A stretch of DNA of 64,000 bases from Auanema rhodensis (Eukaryota; Animalia; Nematoda), in assembly GCA_964057225.1 (NCBI GenBank), contig OZ059894.1, positions 18,414,001 to 18,478,000 of the forward strand, written 5' to 3'. This document shows positions 10,601 through 26,600 of the stretch, in pieces (the first letter of the stretch is position 1; each line of letters opens with the position of its first letter). The translations under genes and the position numbers were made by a program. The notes under the pieces are model-generated. The model searched no databases, was not told the origin of the DNA, and worked only from the letters and a program-made list of their open reading frames with translations.

Positions 10601-12229
10601 ATTAGTGTATGTTGTGTTTCCATGTACACTCAACATTGCTTCCAAAAACATTTTGACAAAAATTTTTTCGAAAAATTTCAAAATAATTTAGCAAAAAGTA
10701 GATGTTTTTAGATTCCTTTTTTTAAGGCAAAGACGATGGACAATGTTATTCAACGAAAAAATTAATTCTTCAGGGTGAAAATCGAGGATATAAGTGTGAA
10801 CTTATATCAATTGATATCTCGGTGCATTTTTAAGCTAGCGCAAATCTGATAACACAGATCGACGCAGCTTAAAAATCCGCATCGAATGCACTATACTATA
10901 TTGAGAAACGCTTAATACAAAAATTAGTTATGATCGTTTGAAAAATGATGCATTAGTGTATGTTGAGTTTCCATGTACACTCAACATTGCTTCCAAAAAC
11001 ATTTTGACAAAAATTTTTTCGAAAAATTTCAAAATAATTTAGCAAAAAGTAGATGTTTTTAGATTCCTTTTTTCAAGGCAAAGACGATGGACAATGTTAT
11101 TCAACGAAAAAATTAATTCTTCAGGGTGAAAATCGAGGATATAAGTGTGAACTTATATCAGTTGATATCTCGGTGCATTTTTAAGCTAGCGCAAATCTGC
11201 TAACACAGATCGACGCAGCTTAAAAATCCGCATCGAATGCACTATACTACATTGAGAAACGCTTAATACAAAAATTAGTTATGATCGTTTGAAAAATGAT
11301 GCATTAGTGTATGTTGAGTTTCCATGTACACTCAACATTGCTTCCAAAAACATTTTGACAAAAATTTTTTCGAAAAATTTCAAAATAATTTAGCAAAAAG
11401 TAGATGTTTTTAGATTCCTTTTTTCAAGGCAAAGACGATGGACAATGTTATTCAACGAAAAAATTAATTCTTCAGGGTGAAAATCGAGGATATAAGTGTG
11501 AACTTATATCAGTTGATATCTCGGTGCATTTTTAAGCTAGCGCGAATCTGATAACACAGATCGACGCAGCTTAAAAATCCGCATCGAATGCACTATACTA
11601 CATTGAGAAACGCTTAATACAAAAATTAGTTATGATCGTTTGAAAAATGATGCATTAGTGTATGTTGTGTTTCCATGTACACTCAACATTGCTTCCAAAA
11701 ACATTTTGACAAAAATTTTTTCGAAAAATTTCAAAATAATTTAGCAAAAAGTAGATGTTTTTAGATTCCTTTTTTTAAGGCAAAGACGATGGACAATGTT
11801 ATTCAACGAAAAAATTAATTCTTCAGGGTGAAAATCGAGGATATAAGTGTGAACTTATATCAGTTGATATCTCGGTGCATTTTTAAGCTAGCGCAAATCT
11901 GATAACACAGATCGACGCAGCTTAAAAATCCGCATCGAATGCACTATACTATATTGAGAAACGCTTAATACAAAAATTAGTTATGATCGTTTGAAAAATG
12001 ATGCATTAGTGTATGTTGAGTTTCCATGTACACTCAACATTGCTTCCAAAAACATTTTGACAAAATTTTTTTCGAAAAATTTCAAAATAATTTAGCAAAA
12101 AGTAGATCTTTTTAGATTCCTTTTTTCAAGGCAAAGACGATGGACAATGTTATTCAACGAAAAAATTAATTCTTCAGGGTGAAAATCGAGGATATAAGTG
12201 TGAACTTATATCAGTTGATATCTCGGTGC

Positions 12230-12579
12230 ATTTTTAAGCTAGCGCAAATCTGATAACACAGATCGACGCAGCTTAAAAATTCGCATCGAATGCACTATAC
12301 TACATTGAGAAACGCTTAATACAAAATTAGTTATGATCGTTTGAAAAATGATGCATTAGTGTATGTTGAGTTTCCATGTACACTCAACATTGCTTCCAAA
12401 AACATTTTGACAAAAATTTTTTCGAAAAATTTCAAAATAATTTAGCAAAAAGTAGATGTTTTTAGATTCCTTTTTTCAAGGCAAAGACGATGGACAATGT
12501 TATTCAACGAAAAAATTAATTCTTCAGGGTGAAAATCGAGGATATAAGTGTGAACTTATATCAGTTGATATCTCGGTGC
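12230..12579. repeat. 350-bp monomer (1-bp A-tract deletion)
   Basis: TACAAAATTAG instead of TACAAAAATTAG at ~12320-12330. Confidence 0.93.
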
Positions 12580-14334
12580 ATTTTTAAGCTAGCGCAAATC
12601 TGATAACACAGATCGACGCAGCTTAAAAATCCGCATCGAATGCACTATACTACATTGAGAAACGCTTAATACAAAAATTAGTTATGATCGTTTGAAAAAT
12701 GATGCATTAGTGTATGTTGTGTTTCCATGTACACTCAACATTGCTTCCAAAAACATTTTGACAAAAATTTTTTCGAAAAATTTCAAAATAATTTAGCAAA
12801 AAGTAGATGTTTTTAGATTCCTTTTTTTAAGGCAAAGACGATGGACAATGTTATTCAACGAAAAAATTAATTCTTCAGGGTGAAAATCGAGGATATAAGT
12901 GTGAACTTATATCAGTTGATATCTCGGTGCATTTTTAAGCTAGCGCAAATCTGATAACACAGATCGACGCAGCTTAAAAATCCGCATCGAATGCACTATA
13001 CTATATTGAGAAACGCTTAATACAAAAATTAGTTATGATCGTTTGAAAAATGATGCATTAGTGTATGTTGAGTTTCCATGTACACTCAACATTGCTTCCA
13101 AAAACATTTTGACAAAATTTTTTTCGAAAAATTTCAAAATAATTTAGCAAAAAGTAGATCTTTTTAGATTCCTTTTTTCAAGGCAAAGACGATGGACAAT
13201 GTTATTCAACGAAAAAATTAATTCTTCAGGGTGAAAATCGAGGATATAAGTGTGAACTTATATCAGTTGATATCTCGGTGCATTTTTAAGCTAGCGCAAA
13301 TCTGATAACACAGATCGACGCAGCTTAAAAATTCGCATCGAATGCACTATACTACATTGAGAAACGCTTAATACAAAAATTAGTTATGATCGTTTGAAAA
13401 ATGATGCATTAGTGTATGTTGAGTTTCCATGTACACTCAACATTGCTTCCAAAAACATTTTGACAAAAATTTTTTCGAAAAATTTCAAAATAATTTAGCA
13501 AAAAGTAGATGTTTTTAGATTCCTTTTTTCAAGGCAAAGACGATGGACAATGTTATTCAACGAAAAAATTAATTCTTCAGGGTGAAAATCGAGGATATAA
13601 GTGTGAACTTATATCAGTTGATATCTCGGTGCATTTTTAAGCTAGCGCGAATCTGATAACACAGATCGACGCAGCTTAAAAATCCGCATCGAATGCACTA
13701 TACTACATTGAGAAACGCTTAATACAAAAATTAGTTATGATCGTTTGAAAAATGATGCATTAGTGTATGTTGTGTTTCCATGTACACTCAACATTGCTTC
13801 CAAAAACATTTTGACAAAAATTTTTTCGAAAAATTTCAAAATAATTTAGCAAAAAGTAGATGTTTTTAGATTCCTTTTTTTAAGGCAAAGACGATGGACA
13901 ATGTTATTCAACGAAAAAATTAATTCTTCAGGGTGAAAATCGAGGATATAAGTGTGAACTTATATCAGTTGATATCTCGGTGCATTTTTAAGCTAGCGCA
14001 AATCTGATAACACAGATCGACGCAGCTTAAAAATCCGCATCGAATGCACTATACTATATTGAGAAACGCTTAATACAAAAATTAGTTATGATCGTTTGAA
14101 AAATGATGCATTAGTGCATGTTGAGTTTCCATGTACACTCAACATTGCTTCCAAAAACATTTTGACAAAATTTTTTTCGAAAAATTTCAAAATAATTTAG
14201 CAAAAAGTAGATCTTTTTAGATTCCTTTTTTCAAGGCAAAGACGATGGACAATGTTATTCAACGAAAAAATTAATTCTTCAGGGTGAAAATCGAGGATAT
14301 AAGTGTGAACTTATATCAGTTGATATCTCGGTGC

Positions 14335-14684
14335 ATTTTTAAGCTAGCGCAAATCTGATAACACAGATCGACGCAGCTTAAAAATTCGCATCGAATGCAC
14401 TATACTACATTGAGAAACGCTTAATACAAAATTAGTTATGATCGTTTGAAAAATGATGCATTAGTGTATGTTGAGTTTCCATGTACACTCAACATTGCTT
14501 CCAAAAACATTTTGACAAAAATTTTTTCGAAAAATTTCAAAATAATTTAGCAAAAAGTAGATGTTTTTAGATTCCTTTTTTCAAGGCAAAGACGATGGAC
14601 AATGTTATTCAACGAAAAAATTAATTCTTCAGGGTGAAAATCGAGGATATAAGTGTGAACTTATATCAGTTGATATCTCGGTGC
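14335..14684. repeat. 350-bp monomer (same 1-bp deletion, 2105 bp downstream)
   Basis: TACAAAATTAG at ~14425-14435. Confidence 0.93.
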
Positions 14685-17600
14685 ATTTTTAAGCTAGCGC
14701 AAATCTGATAACACAGATCGACGCAGCTTAAAAATCCGCATCGAATGCACTATACTACATTGAGAAACGCTTAATACAAAAATTAGTTATGATCGTTTGA
14801 AAAATGATGCATTAGTGTATGTTGTGTTTCCATGTACACTCAACATTGCTTCCAAAAACATTTTGACAAAAATTTTTTCGAAAAATTTCAAAATAATTTA
14901 GCAAAAAGTAGATGTTTTTAGATTCCTTTTTTTAAGGCAAAGACGATGGACAATGTTATTCAACGAAAAAATTAATTCTTCAGGGTGAAAATCGAGGATA
15001 TAAGTGTGAACTTATATCAGTTGATATCTCGGTGCATTTTTAAGCTAGCGCAAATCTGATAACACAGATCGACGCAGCTTAAAAATCCGCATCGAATGCA
15101 CTATACTATATTGAGAAACGCTTAATACAAAAATTAGTTATGATCGTTTGAAAAATGATGCATTAGTGTATGTTGAGTTTCCATGTACACTCAACATTGC
15201 TTCCAAAAACATTTTGACAAAATTTTTTTCGAAAAATTTCAAAATAATTTAGCAAAAAGTAGATCTTTTTAGATTCCTTTTTTCAAGGCAAAGACGATGG
15301 ACAATGTTATTCAACGAAAAAATTAATTCTTCAGGGTGAAAATCGAGGATATAAGTGTGAACTTATATCAGTTGATATCTCGGTGCATTTTTAAGCTAGC
15401 GCAAATCTGATAACACAGATCGACGCAGCTTAAAAATTCGCATCGAATGCACTATACTACATTGAGAAACGCTTAATACAAAAATTAGTTATGATCGTTT
15501 GAAAAATGATGCATTAGTGTATGTTGAGTTTCCATGTACACTCAACATTGCTTCCAAAAACATTTTGACAAAAATTTTTTCGAAAAATTTCAAAATAATT
15601 TAGCAAAAAGTAGATGTTTTTAGATTCCTTTTTTCAAGGCAAAGACGATGGACAATGTTATTCAACGAAAAAATTAATTCTTCAGGGTGAAAATCGAGGA
15701 TATAAGTGTGAACTTATATCAGTTGATATCTCGGTGCATTTTTAAGCTAGCGCAAATCTGATAACACAGATCGACGCAGCTTAAAAATCCGCATCGAATG
15801 CACTATACTATATTGAGAAACGCTTAATACAAAAATTAGTTATGATCGTTTGAAAAATGATGCATTAGTGTATGTTGAGTTTCCATGTACACTCAACATT
15901 GCTTCCAAAAACATTTTGACAAAATTTTTTTCGAAAAATTTCAAAATAATTTAGCAAAAAGTAGATCTTTTTAGATTCCTTTTTTCAAGGCAAAGACGAT
16001 GGACAATGTTATTCAACGAAAAAATTAATTCTTCAGGGTGAAAATCGAGGATATAAGTGTGAACTTATATCAGTTGATATCTCGGTGCATTTTTAAGCTA
16101 GCGCAAATCTGATAACACAGATCGACGCAGCTTAAAAATTCGCATCGAATGCACTATACTACATTGAGAAACGCTTAATACAAAAATTAGTTATGATCGT
16201 TTGAAAAATGATGCATTAGTGTATGTTGAGTTTCCATGTACACTCAACATTGCTTCCAAAAACATTTTGACAAAAATTTTTTCGAAAAATTTCAAAATAA
16301 TTTAGCAAAAAGTAGATGTTTTTAGATTCCTTTTTTCAAGGCAAAGACGATGGACAATGTTATTCAACGAAAAAATTAATTCTTCAGGGTGAAAATCGAG
16401 GATATAAGTGTGAACTTATATCAGTTGATATCTCGGTGCATTTTTAAGCTAGCGCGAATCTGATAACACAGATCGACGCAGCTTAAAAATCCGCATCGAA
16501 TGCACTATACTACATTGAGAAACGCTTAATACAAAAATTAGTTATGATCGTTTGAAAAATGATGCATTAGTGTATGTTGAGTTTCCATGTACACTCAACA
16601 TTGCTTCCAAAAACATTTTGACAAAAATTTTTTCGAAAAATTTCAAAATAATTTAGCAAAAAGTAGATGTTTTTAGATTCCTTTTTTCAAGGCAAAGACG
16701 ATGGACAATGTTATTCAACGAAAAAATTAATTCTTCAGGGTGAAAATCGAGGATATAAGTGTGAACTTATATCAGTTGATATCTCGGTGCATTTTCAAGC
16801 TAGCGCAAATCTGATAACACAGATCGACGCAGCTTAAAAATCCGCATCGAATGCACTATACTACATTGAGAAACGCTTAATACAAAAATTAGTTATGATC
16901 GTTTGAAAAATGATGCATTAGTGTATGTTGAGTTTCCATGTACACTCAACATTGCTTCCAAAAACATTTTGACAAAAATTTTTTCGAAAAATTTCAAAAT
17001 AATTTAGCAAAAAGTAGATGTTTTTAGATTCCTTTTTTCAAGGCAAAGACGATGGACAATGTTATTCAACGAAAAAATTAATTCTTCAGGGTGAAAATCG
17101 AGGATATAAGTGTGAACTTATATCAGTTGATATCTCGGTGCATTTTCAAGCTAGCGCAAATCTGATAACACAGATCGACGCAGCTTAAAAATCCGCATCG
17201 AATGCACTATACTACATTGAGAAACGCTTAAAACAAAAATTAGTTATGATCGTTTGAAAAATGATGCATTAGTGTATGTTGAGTTTCCATGTACACTCAA
17301 CATTGCTTCCAAAAACATTTTGACAAAAATTTTTTCGAAAAATTTCAAAATAATTTAGCAAAAAGTAGATGTTTTTAGATTCCTTTTTTCAAGGCAAAGA
17401 CGATGGACAATGTTATTCAACGAAAAAATTAATTCTTCAGGGTGAAAATCGAGGATATAAGTGTGAACTTATATCAGTTGATATCTCGGTGCATTTTTAA
17501 GCTAGCGCGAATCTGATAACACAGATCGACGCAGCTTAAAAATCCGCATCGAATGCACTATACTACATTGAGAAACGCTTAATACAAAAATTAGTTATGA

Positions 17601-20600
17601 TCGTTTGAAAAATGATGCATTAGTGTATGTTGAGTTTCCATGTACACTCAACATTGCTTCCAAAAACATTTTGACAAAAATTTTTTCGAAAAATTTCAAA
17701 ATAATTTAGCAAAAAGTAGATGTTTTTAGATTCCTTTTTTCAAGGCAAAGACGATGGACAATGTTATTCAACGAAAAAATTAATTCTTCAGGGTGAAAAT
17801 CGAGGATATAAGTGTGAACTTATATCAGTTGATATCTCGGTGCATTTTCAAGCTAGCGCAAATCTGATAACACAGATCGACGCAGCTTAAAAATTCGCAT
17901 CGAATGCACTATACTACATTGAGAAACGCTTAATACAAAAATTAGTTATGATCGTTTGAAAAATGATGCATTAGTGTATGTTGAGTTTCCATGTACACTC
18001 AACATTGCTTCCAAAAACATTTTGACAAAATTTTTTTCGAAAAATTTCAAAATAATTTAGCAAAAAGTAGATCTTTTTAGATTCCTTTTTTCAAGGCAAA
18101 GACGATGGACAATGTTATTCAACGAAAAAATTAATTCTTCAGGGTGAAAATCGAGGATATAAGTGTGAACTTATATCAGTTGATATCTCGGTGCATTTTT
18201 AAGCTAGCGCAAATCTGATAACACAGATCGACGCAGCTTAAAAATTCGCATCGAATGCACTATACTACATTGAGAAACGCTTAATACAAAAATTAGTTAT
18301 GATCGTTTGAAAAATGATGCATTAGTGTATGTTGAGTTTCCATGTACACTCAACATTGCTTCCAAAAACATTTTGACAAAAATTTTTTCGAAAAATTTCA
18401 AAATAATTTAGCAAAAAGTAGATCTTTTTAGATTCCTTTTTTCAAGGCAAAGACGATGGACAATGTTATTCAACGAAAAAATTAATTCTTCAGGGTGAAA
18501 ATCGAGGATATAAGTGTGAACTTATATCAGTTGATATCTCGGTGCATTTTTAAGCTAGCGCAAATCTGATAACACAGATCGACGCAGCTTAAAAATTCGC
18601 ATCGAATGCACTATACTACATTGAGAAACGCTTAATACAAAAATTAGTTATGATCGTTTGAAAAATGATGCATTAGTGTATGTTGAGTTTCCATGTACAC
18701 TCAACATTGCTTCCAAAAACATTTTGACAAAAATTTTTTCGAAAAATTTCAAAATAATTTAGCAAAAAGTAGATGTTTTTAGATTCCTTTTTTCAAGGCA
18801 AAGACGATGGACAATGTTATTCAACGAAAAAATTAATTCTTCAGGGTGAAAATCGAGGATATAAGTGTGAACTTATATCAGTTGATATCTCGGTGCATTT
18901 TTAAGCTAGCGCGAATCTGATAACACAGATCGACGCAGCTTAAAAATCCGCATCGAATGCACTATACTACATTGAGAAACGCTTAATACAAAAATTAGTT
19001 ATGATCGTTTGAAAAATGATGCATTAGTGTATGTTGTGTTTCCATGTACACTCAACATTGCTTCCAAAAACATTTTGACAAAAATTTTTTCGAAAAATTT
19101 CAAAATAATTTAGCAAAAAGTAGATGTTTTTAGATTCCTTTTTTTAAGGCAAAGACGATGGACAATGTTATTGAACGAAAAAATTAATTCTTCAGGGTGA
19201 AAATCGAGGATATAAGTGTGAACTTATATCAGTTGATATCTCGGTGCATTTTTAAGCTAGCGCAAATCTGATAACACAGATCGACGCAGCTTAAAAATCC
19301 GCATCGAATGCACTATACTACATTGAGAAACGCTTAATACAAAAATTAGTTATGATCGTTTGAAAAATGATGCATTAGTGTATGTTGAGTTTCCATGTAC
19401 ACTCAACATTGCTTCCAAAAACATTTTGACAAAAATTTTTTCGAAAAATTTCAAAATAATTTAGCAAAAAGTAGATGTTTTTAGATTCCTTTTTTTAAGG
19501 CAAAGACGATGGACAATGTTATTGAACGAAAAAATTAATTCTTCAGGGTGAAAATCGAGGATATAAGTGTGAACTTATATCAGTTGATATCTCGGTGCAT
19601 TTTTAAGCTAGCGCAAATCTGATAACACAGATCGACGCAGCTTAAAAATCCGCATCGAATGCACTATACTACATTGAGAAACGCTTAATACAAAAATTAG
19701 TTATGATCGTTTGAAAAATGATGCATTAGTGTATGTTGAGTTTCCATGTACACTCAACATTGCTTCCAAAAACATTTTGACAAAAATTTTTTCGAAAAAT
19801 TTCAAAATAATTTAGCAAAAAGTAGATCTTTTTAGATTCCTTTTTTCAAGGCAAAGACGATGGACAATGTTATTCAACGAAAAAATTAATTCTTCAGGGT
19901 GAAAATCGAGGATATAAGTGTGAACTTATATCAGTTGATATCTCGGTGCATTTTTAAGCTAGCGCAAATCTGATAACACAGATCGACGCAGCTTAAAAAT
20001 TCGCATCGAATGCACTATACTACATTGAGAAACGCTTAATACAAAAATTAGTTATGATCGTTTGAAAAATGATGCATTAGTGTATGTTGAGTTTCCATGT
20101 ACACTCAACATTGCTTCCAAAAACATTTTGACAAAAATTTTTTCGAAAAATTTCAAAATAATTTAGCAAAAAGTAGATGTTTTTAGATTCCTTTTTTCAA
20201 GGCAAAGACGATGGACAATGTTATTCAACGAAAAAATTAATTCTTCAGGGTGAAAATCGAGGATATAAGTGTGAACTTATATCAGTTGATATCTCGGTGC
20301 ATTTTTAAGCTAGCGCGAATCTGATAACACAGATCGACGCAGCTTAAAAATCCGCATCGAATGCACTATACTACATTGAGAAACGCTTAATACAAAAATT
20401 AGTTATGATCGTTTGAAAAATGATGCATTAGTGTATGTTGAGTTTCCATGTACACTCAACATTGCTTCCAAAAACATTTTGACAAAATTTTTTTCGAAAA
20501 ATTTCAAAATAATTTAGCAAAAAGTAGATCTTTTTAGATTCCTTTTTTCAAGGCAAAGACGATGGACAATGTTATTCAACGAAAAAATTAATTCTTCAGG

Positions 20601-23600
20601 GTGAAAATCGAGGATATAAGTGTGAACTTATATCAGTTGATATCTCGGTGCATTTTTAAGCTAGCGCAAATCTGATAACACAGATCGACGCAGCTTAAAA
20701 ATTCGCATCGAATGCACTATACTACATTGAGAAACGCTTAATACAAAAATTAGTTATGATCGTTTGAAAAATGATGCATTAGTGTATGTTGAGTTTCCAT
20801 GTACACTCAACATTGCTTCCAAAAACATTTTGACAAAAATTTTTTCGAAAAATTTCAAAATAATTTAGCAAAAAGTAGATCTTTTTAGATTCCTTTTTTC
20901 AAGGCAAAGACGATGGACAATGTTATTCAACGAAAAAATTAATTCTTCAGGGTGAAAATCGAGGATATAAGTGTGAACTTATATCAGTTGATATCTCGGT
21001 GCATTTTTAAGCTAGCGCAAATCTGATAACACAGATCGACGCAGCTTAAAAATTCGCATCGAATGCACTATACTACATTGAGAAACGCTTAATACAAAAA
21101 TTAGTTATGATCGTTTGAAAAATGATGCATTAGTGTATGTTGAGTTTCCATGTACACTCAACATTGCTTCCAAAAACATTTTGACAAAAATTTTTTCGAA
21201 AAATTTCAAAATAATTTAGCAAAAAGTAGATGTTTTTAGATTCCTTTTTTCAAGGCAAAGACGATGGACAATGTTATTCAACGAAAAAATTAATTCTTCA
21301 GGGTGAAAATCGAGGATATAAGTGTGAACTTATATCAGTTGATATCTCGGTGCATTTTTAAGCTAGCGCGAATCTGATAACAAAGATCGACGCAGCTTAA
21401 AAATCCGCATCGAATGCACTATACTACATTGAGAAACGCTTAATACAAAAATTAGTTATGATCGTTTGAAAAATGATGCATTAGTGTATGTTGTGTTTCC
21501 ATGTACACTCAACATTGCTTCCAAAAACATTTTGACAAAAATTTTTTCGAAAAATTTCAAAATAATTTAGCAAAAAGTAGATGTTTTTAGATTCCTTTTT
21601 TTAAGGCAAAGACGATGGACAATGTTATTGAACGAAAAAATTAATTCTTCAGGGTGAAAATCGAGGATATAAGTGTGAACTTATATCAGTTGATATCTCG
21701 GTGCATTTTTAAGCTAGCGCAAATCTGATAACACAGATCGACGCAGCTTAAAAATCCGCATCGAATGCACTATACTACATTGAGAAACGCTTAATACAAA
21801 AATTAGTTATGATCGTTTGAAAAATGATGCATTAGTGTATGTTGTGTTTCCATGTACACTCAACATTGCTTCCAAAAACATTTTGACAAAAATTTTTTCG
21901 AAAAATTTCAAAATAATTTAGCAAAAAGTAGATGTTTTCAGATTCCTTTTTTTAAGGCAAAGACGATGGACAATGTTATTCAACGAAAAAATTAATTCTT
22001 CAGGGTGAAAATCGAGGATATAAGTGTGAACTTATATCAGTTGATATCTCGGTGCATTTTTAAGCTAGCGCAAATCTGATAACACAGACCGACGCAGCTT
22101 AAAAATCCGCATCGAATGCACTATACTATATTGAGAAACGCTTAATACAAATATTAGTTATGATCGTTTGAAAAATGATGCATTAGTGTATGTTGAGTTT
22201 CCATGTACACTCAACATTGCTTCCAAAAACATTTTGACAAAAATTTTTTCGAAAAATTTCAAAATAATTTAGCAAAAAGTAGATCTTTTTAGATTCCTTT
22301 TTTCAAGGCAAAGACGATGGACAATGTTATTCAACGAAAAAATTAATTCTTCAGGGTGAAAATCGAGGATATAAGTGTGAACTTATATCAGTTGATATCT
22401 CGGTGCATTTTTAAGCTAGCGCAAATCTGATAACACAGATCGACGCAGCTTAAAAATTCGCATCGAATGCACTATACTACATTGAGAAACGCTTAATACA
22501 AAAATTAGTTATGATCGTTTGAAAAATGATGCATTAGTGTATGTTGAGTTTCCATGTACACTCAACATTGCTTCCAAAAACATTTTGACAAAAATTTTTT
22601 CGAAAAATTTCAAAATAATTTAGCAAAAAGTAGATCTTTTTAGATTCCTTTTTTCAAGGCAAAGACGATGGACAATGTTATTCAACGAAAAAATTAATTC
22701 TTCAGGGTGAAAATCGAGGATATAAGTGTGAACTTATATCAGTTGATATCTCGGTGCATTTTTAAGCTAGCGCAAATCTGATAACACAGATCGACGCAGC
22801 TTAAAAATTCGCATCGAATGCACTATACTACATTGAGAAACGCTTAATACAAAAATTAGTTATGATCGTTTGAAAAATGATGCATTAGTGTATGTTGAGT
22901 TTCCATGTACACTCAACATTGCTTCCAAAAACATTTTGACAAAAATTTTTTCGAAAAATTTCAAAATAATTTAGCAAAAAGTAGATGTTTTTAGATTCCT
23001 TTTTTCAAGGCAAAGACGATGGACAATGTTATTCAACGAAAAAATTAATTCTTCAGGGTGAAAATCGAGGATATAAGTGTGAACTTATATCAGTTGATAT
23101 CTCGGTGCATTTTTAAGCTAGCGCAAATCTGATAACACAGATCGACGCAGCTTAAAAATTCGCATCGAATGCACTATACTACATTGAGAAACGCTTAATA
23201 CAAAAATTAGTTATGATCGTTTGAAAAATGATGCATTAGTGTATGTTGAGTTTCCATGTACACTCAACATTGCTTCCAAAAACATTTTGACAAAAATTTT
23301 TTCGAAAAATTTCAAAATAATTTAGCAAAAAGTAGATGTTTTTAGATTCCTTTTTTCAAGGCAAAGACGATGGACAATGTTATTCAACGAAAAAATTAAT
23401 TCTTCAGGGTGAAAATCGAGGATATAAGTGTGAACTTATATCAGTTGATATCTCGGTGCATTTTTAAGCTAGCGCGAATCTGATAACAAAGATCGACGCA
23501 GCTTAAAAATCCGCATCGAATGCACTATACTACATTGAGAAACGCTTAATACAAAAATTAGTTATGATCGTTTGAAAAATGATGCATTAGTGTATGTTGT

Positions 23601-26600
23601 GTTTCCATGTACACTCAACATTGCTTCCAAAAACATTTTGACAAAAATTTTTTCGAAAAATTTCAAAATAATTTAGCAAAAAGTAGATGTTTTTAGATTC
23701 CTTTTTTTAAGGCAAAGACGATGGACAATGTTATTGAACGAAAAAATTAATTCTTCAGGGTGAAAATCGAGGATATAAGTGTGAACTTATATCAGTTGAT
23801 ATCTCGGTGCATTTTTAAGCTAGCGCAAATCTGATAACACAGATCGACGCAGCTTAAAAATCCGCATCGAATGCACTTTACTACATTGAGAAACGCTTAA
23901 TACAAAAATTAGTTATGATCGTTTGAAAAATGATGCATTAGTGTATGTTGTGTTTCCATGTACACTCAACATTGCTTCCAAAAACATTTTGACAAAAATT
24001 TTTTCGAAAAATTTCAAAATAATTTAGCAAAAAGTAGATGTTTTCAGATTCCTTTTTTTAAGGCAAAGACGATGGACAATGTTATTCAACGAAAAAATTA
24101 ATTCTTCAGGGTGAAAATCGAGGATATAAGTGTGAACTTATATCAGTTGATATCTCGGTGCATTTTTAAGCTAGCGCAAATCTGATAACACAGACCGACG
24201 CAGCTTAAAAATCCGCATCGAATGCACTATACTATATTGAGAAACGCTTAATACAAATATTAGTTATGATCGTTTGAAAAATGATGCATTAGTGTATGTT
24301 GAGTTTCCATGTACACTCAACATTGCTTCCAAAAACATTTTGACAAAAATTTTTTCGAAAAATTTCAAAATAATTTAGCAAAAAGTAGATCTTTTTAGAT
24401 TCCTTTTTTCAAGGCAAAGACGATGGACAATGTTATTCAACGAAAAAATTAATTCTTCAGGGTGAAAATCGAGGATATAAGTGTGAACTTATATCAGTTG
24501 ATATCTCGGTGCATTTTTAAGCTAGCGCAAATCTGATAACACAGATCGACGCAGCTTAAAAATTCGCATCGAATGCACTATACTACATTGAGAAACGCTT
24601 AATACAAAAATTAGTTATGATCGTTTGAAAAATGATGCATTAGTGTATGTTGAGTTTCCATGTACACTCAACATTGCTTCCAAAAACATTTTGACAAAAA
24701 TTTTTTCGAAAAATTTCAAAATAATTTAGCAAAAAGTAGATCTTTTTAGATTCCTTTTTTCAAGGCAAAGACGATGGACAATGTTATTCAACGAAAAAAT
24801 TAATTCTTCAGGGTGAAAATCGAGGATATAAGTGTGAACTTATATCAGTTGATATCTCGGTGCATTTTTAAGCTAGCGCGAATCTGATAACAAAGATCGA
24901 CGCAGCTTAAAAATCCGCATCGAATGCACTATACTACATTGAGAAACGCTTAATACAAAAATTAGTTATGATCGTTTGAAAAATGATGCATTAGTGTATG
25001 TTGTGTTTCCATGTACACTCAACATTGCTTCCAAAAACATTTTGACAAAAATTTTTTCGAAAAATTTCAAAATAATTTAGCAAAAAGTAGATGTTTTTAG
25101 ATTCCTTTTTTTAAGGCAAAGACGATGGACAATGTTATTGAACGAAAAAATTAATTCTTCAGGGTGAAAATCGAGGATATAAGTGTGAACTTATATCAGT
25201 TGATATCTCGGTGCATTTTTAAGCTAGCGCAAATCTGATAACACAGATCGACGCAGCTTAAAAATCCGCATCGAATGCACTATACTACATTGAGAAACGC
25301 TTAATACAAAAATTAGTTATGATCGTTTGAAAAATGATGCATTAGTGTATGTTGTGTTTCCATGTACACTCAACATTGCTTCCAAAAACATTTTGACAAA
25401 AATTTTTTCGAAAAATTTCAAAATAATTTAGCAAAAAGTAGATGTTTTCAGATTCCTTTTTTTAAGGCAAAGACGATGGACAATGTTATTCAACGAAAAA
25501 ATTAATTCTTCAGGGTGAAAATCGAGGATATAAGTGTGAACTTATATCAGTTGATATCTCGGTGCATTTTTAAGCTAGCGCAAATCTGATAACACAGACC
25601 GACGCAGCTTAAAAATCCGCATCGAATGCACTATACTATATTGAAAAACGCTTAATACAAATATTAGTTATGATCGTTTGAAAAATGATGCATTAGTGTA
25701 TGTTGAGTTTCCATGTACACTCAACATTGCTTCCAAAAACATTTTGACAAAAATTTTTTCGAAAAATTTCAAAATAATTTAGCAAAAAGTAGATCTTTTT
25801 AGATTCCTTTTTTCAAGGCAAAGACGATGGACAATGTTATTCAACGAAAAAATTAATTCTTCAGGGTGAAAATCGAGGATATAAGTGTGAACTTATATCA
25901 GTTGATATCTCGGTGCATTTTTAAGCTAGCGCAAATCTGATAACACAGATCGACGCAGCTTAAAAATTCGCATCGAATGCACTATACTACATTGAGAAAC
26001 GCTTAATACAAAAATTAGTTATGATCGTTTGAAAAATGATGCATTAGTGTATGTTGAGTTTCCATGTACACTCAACATTGCTTCCAAAAACATTTTGACA
26101 AAAATTTTTTCGAAAAATTTCAAAATAATTTAGCAAAAAGTAGATCTTTTTAGATTCCTTTTTTCAAGGCAAAGACGATGGACAATGTTATTCAACGAAA
26201 AAATTAATTCTTCAGGGTGAAAATCGAGGATATAAGTGTGAACTTATATCAGTTGATATCTCGGTGCATTTTTAAGCTAGCGCAAATCTGATAACACAGA
26301 TCGACGCAGCTTAAAAATTCGCATCGAATGCACTATACTACATTGAGAAACGCTTAATACAAAAATTAGTTATGATCGTTTGAAAAATGATGCATTAGTG
26401 TATGTTGAGTTTCCATGTACACTCAACATTGCTTCCAAAAACATTTTGACAAAAATTTTTTCGAAAAATTTCAAAATAATTTAGCAAAAAGTAGATCTTT
26501 TTAGATTCCTTTTTTTAAGGCAAAGACGATGGACAATGTTATTCAACGAAAAAATTAATTCTTCAGGGTGAAAATCGAGGATATAAGTGTGAACTTATAT

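Larger units (their letters stand above)
11528..15737. repeat. Higher-order repeat: two copies of a 6-mer (2105 bp), each built from two 3-mers
   Basis: The GCGAA marker occurs in monomers 11528 and 13633, and the 1-bp deletion in 12230 and 14335. The A/B/C SNV haplotypes cycle every 3 monomers. Confidence 0.9.
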
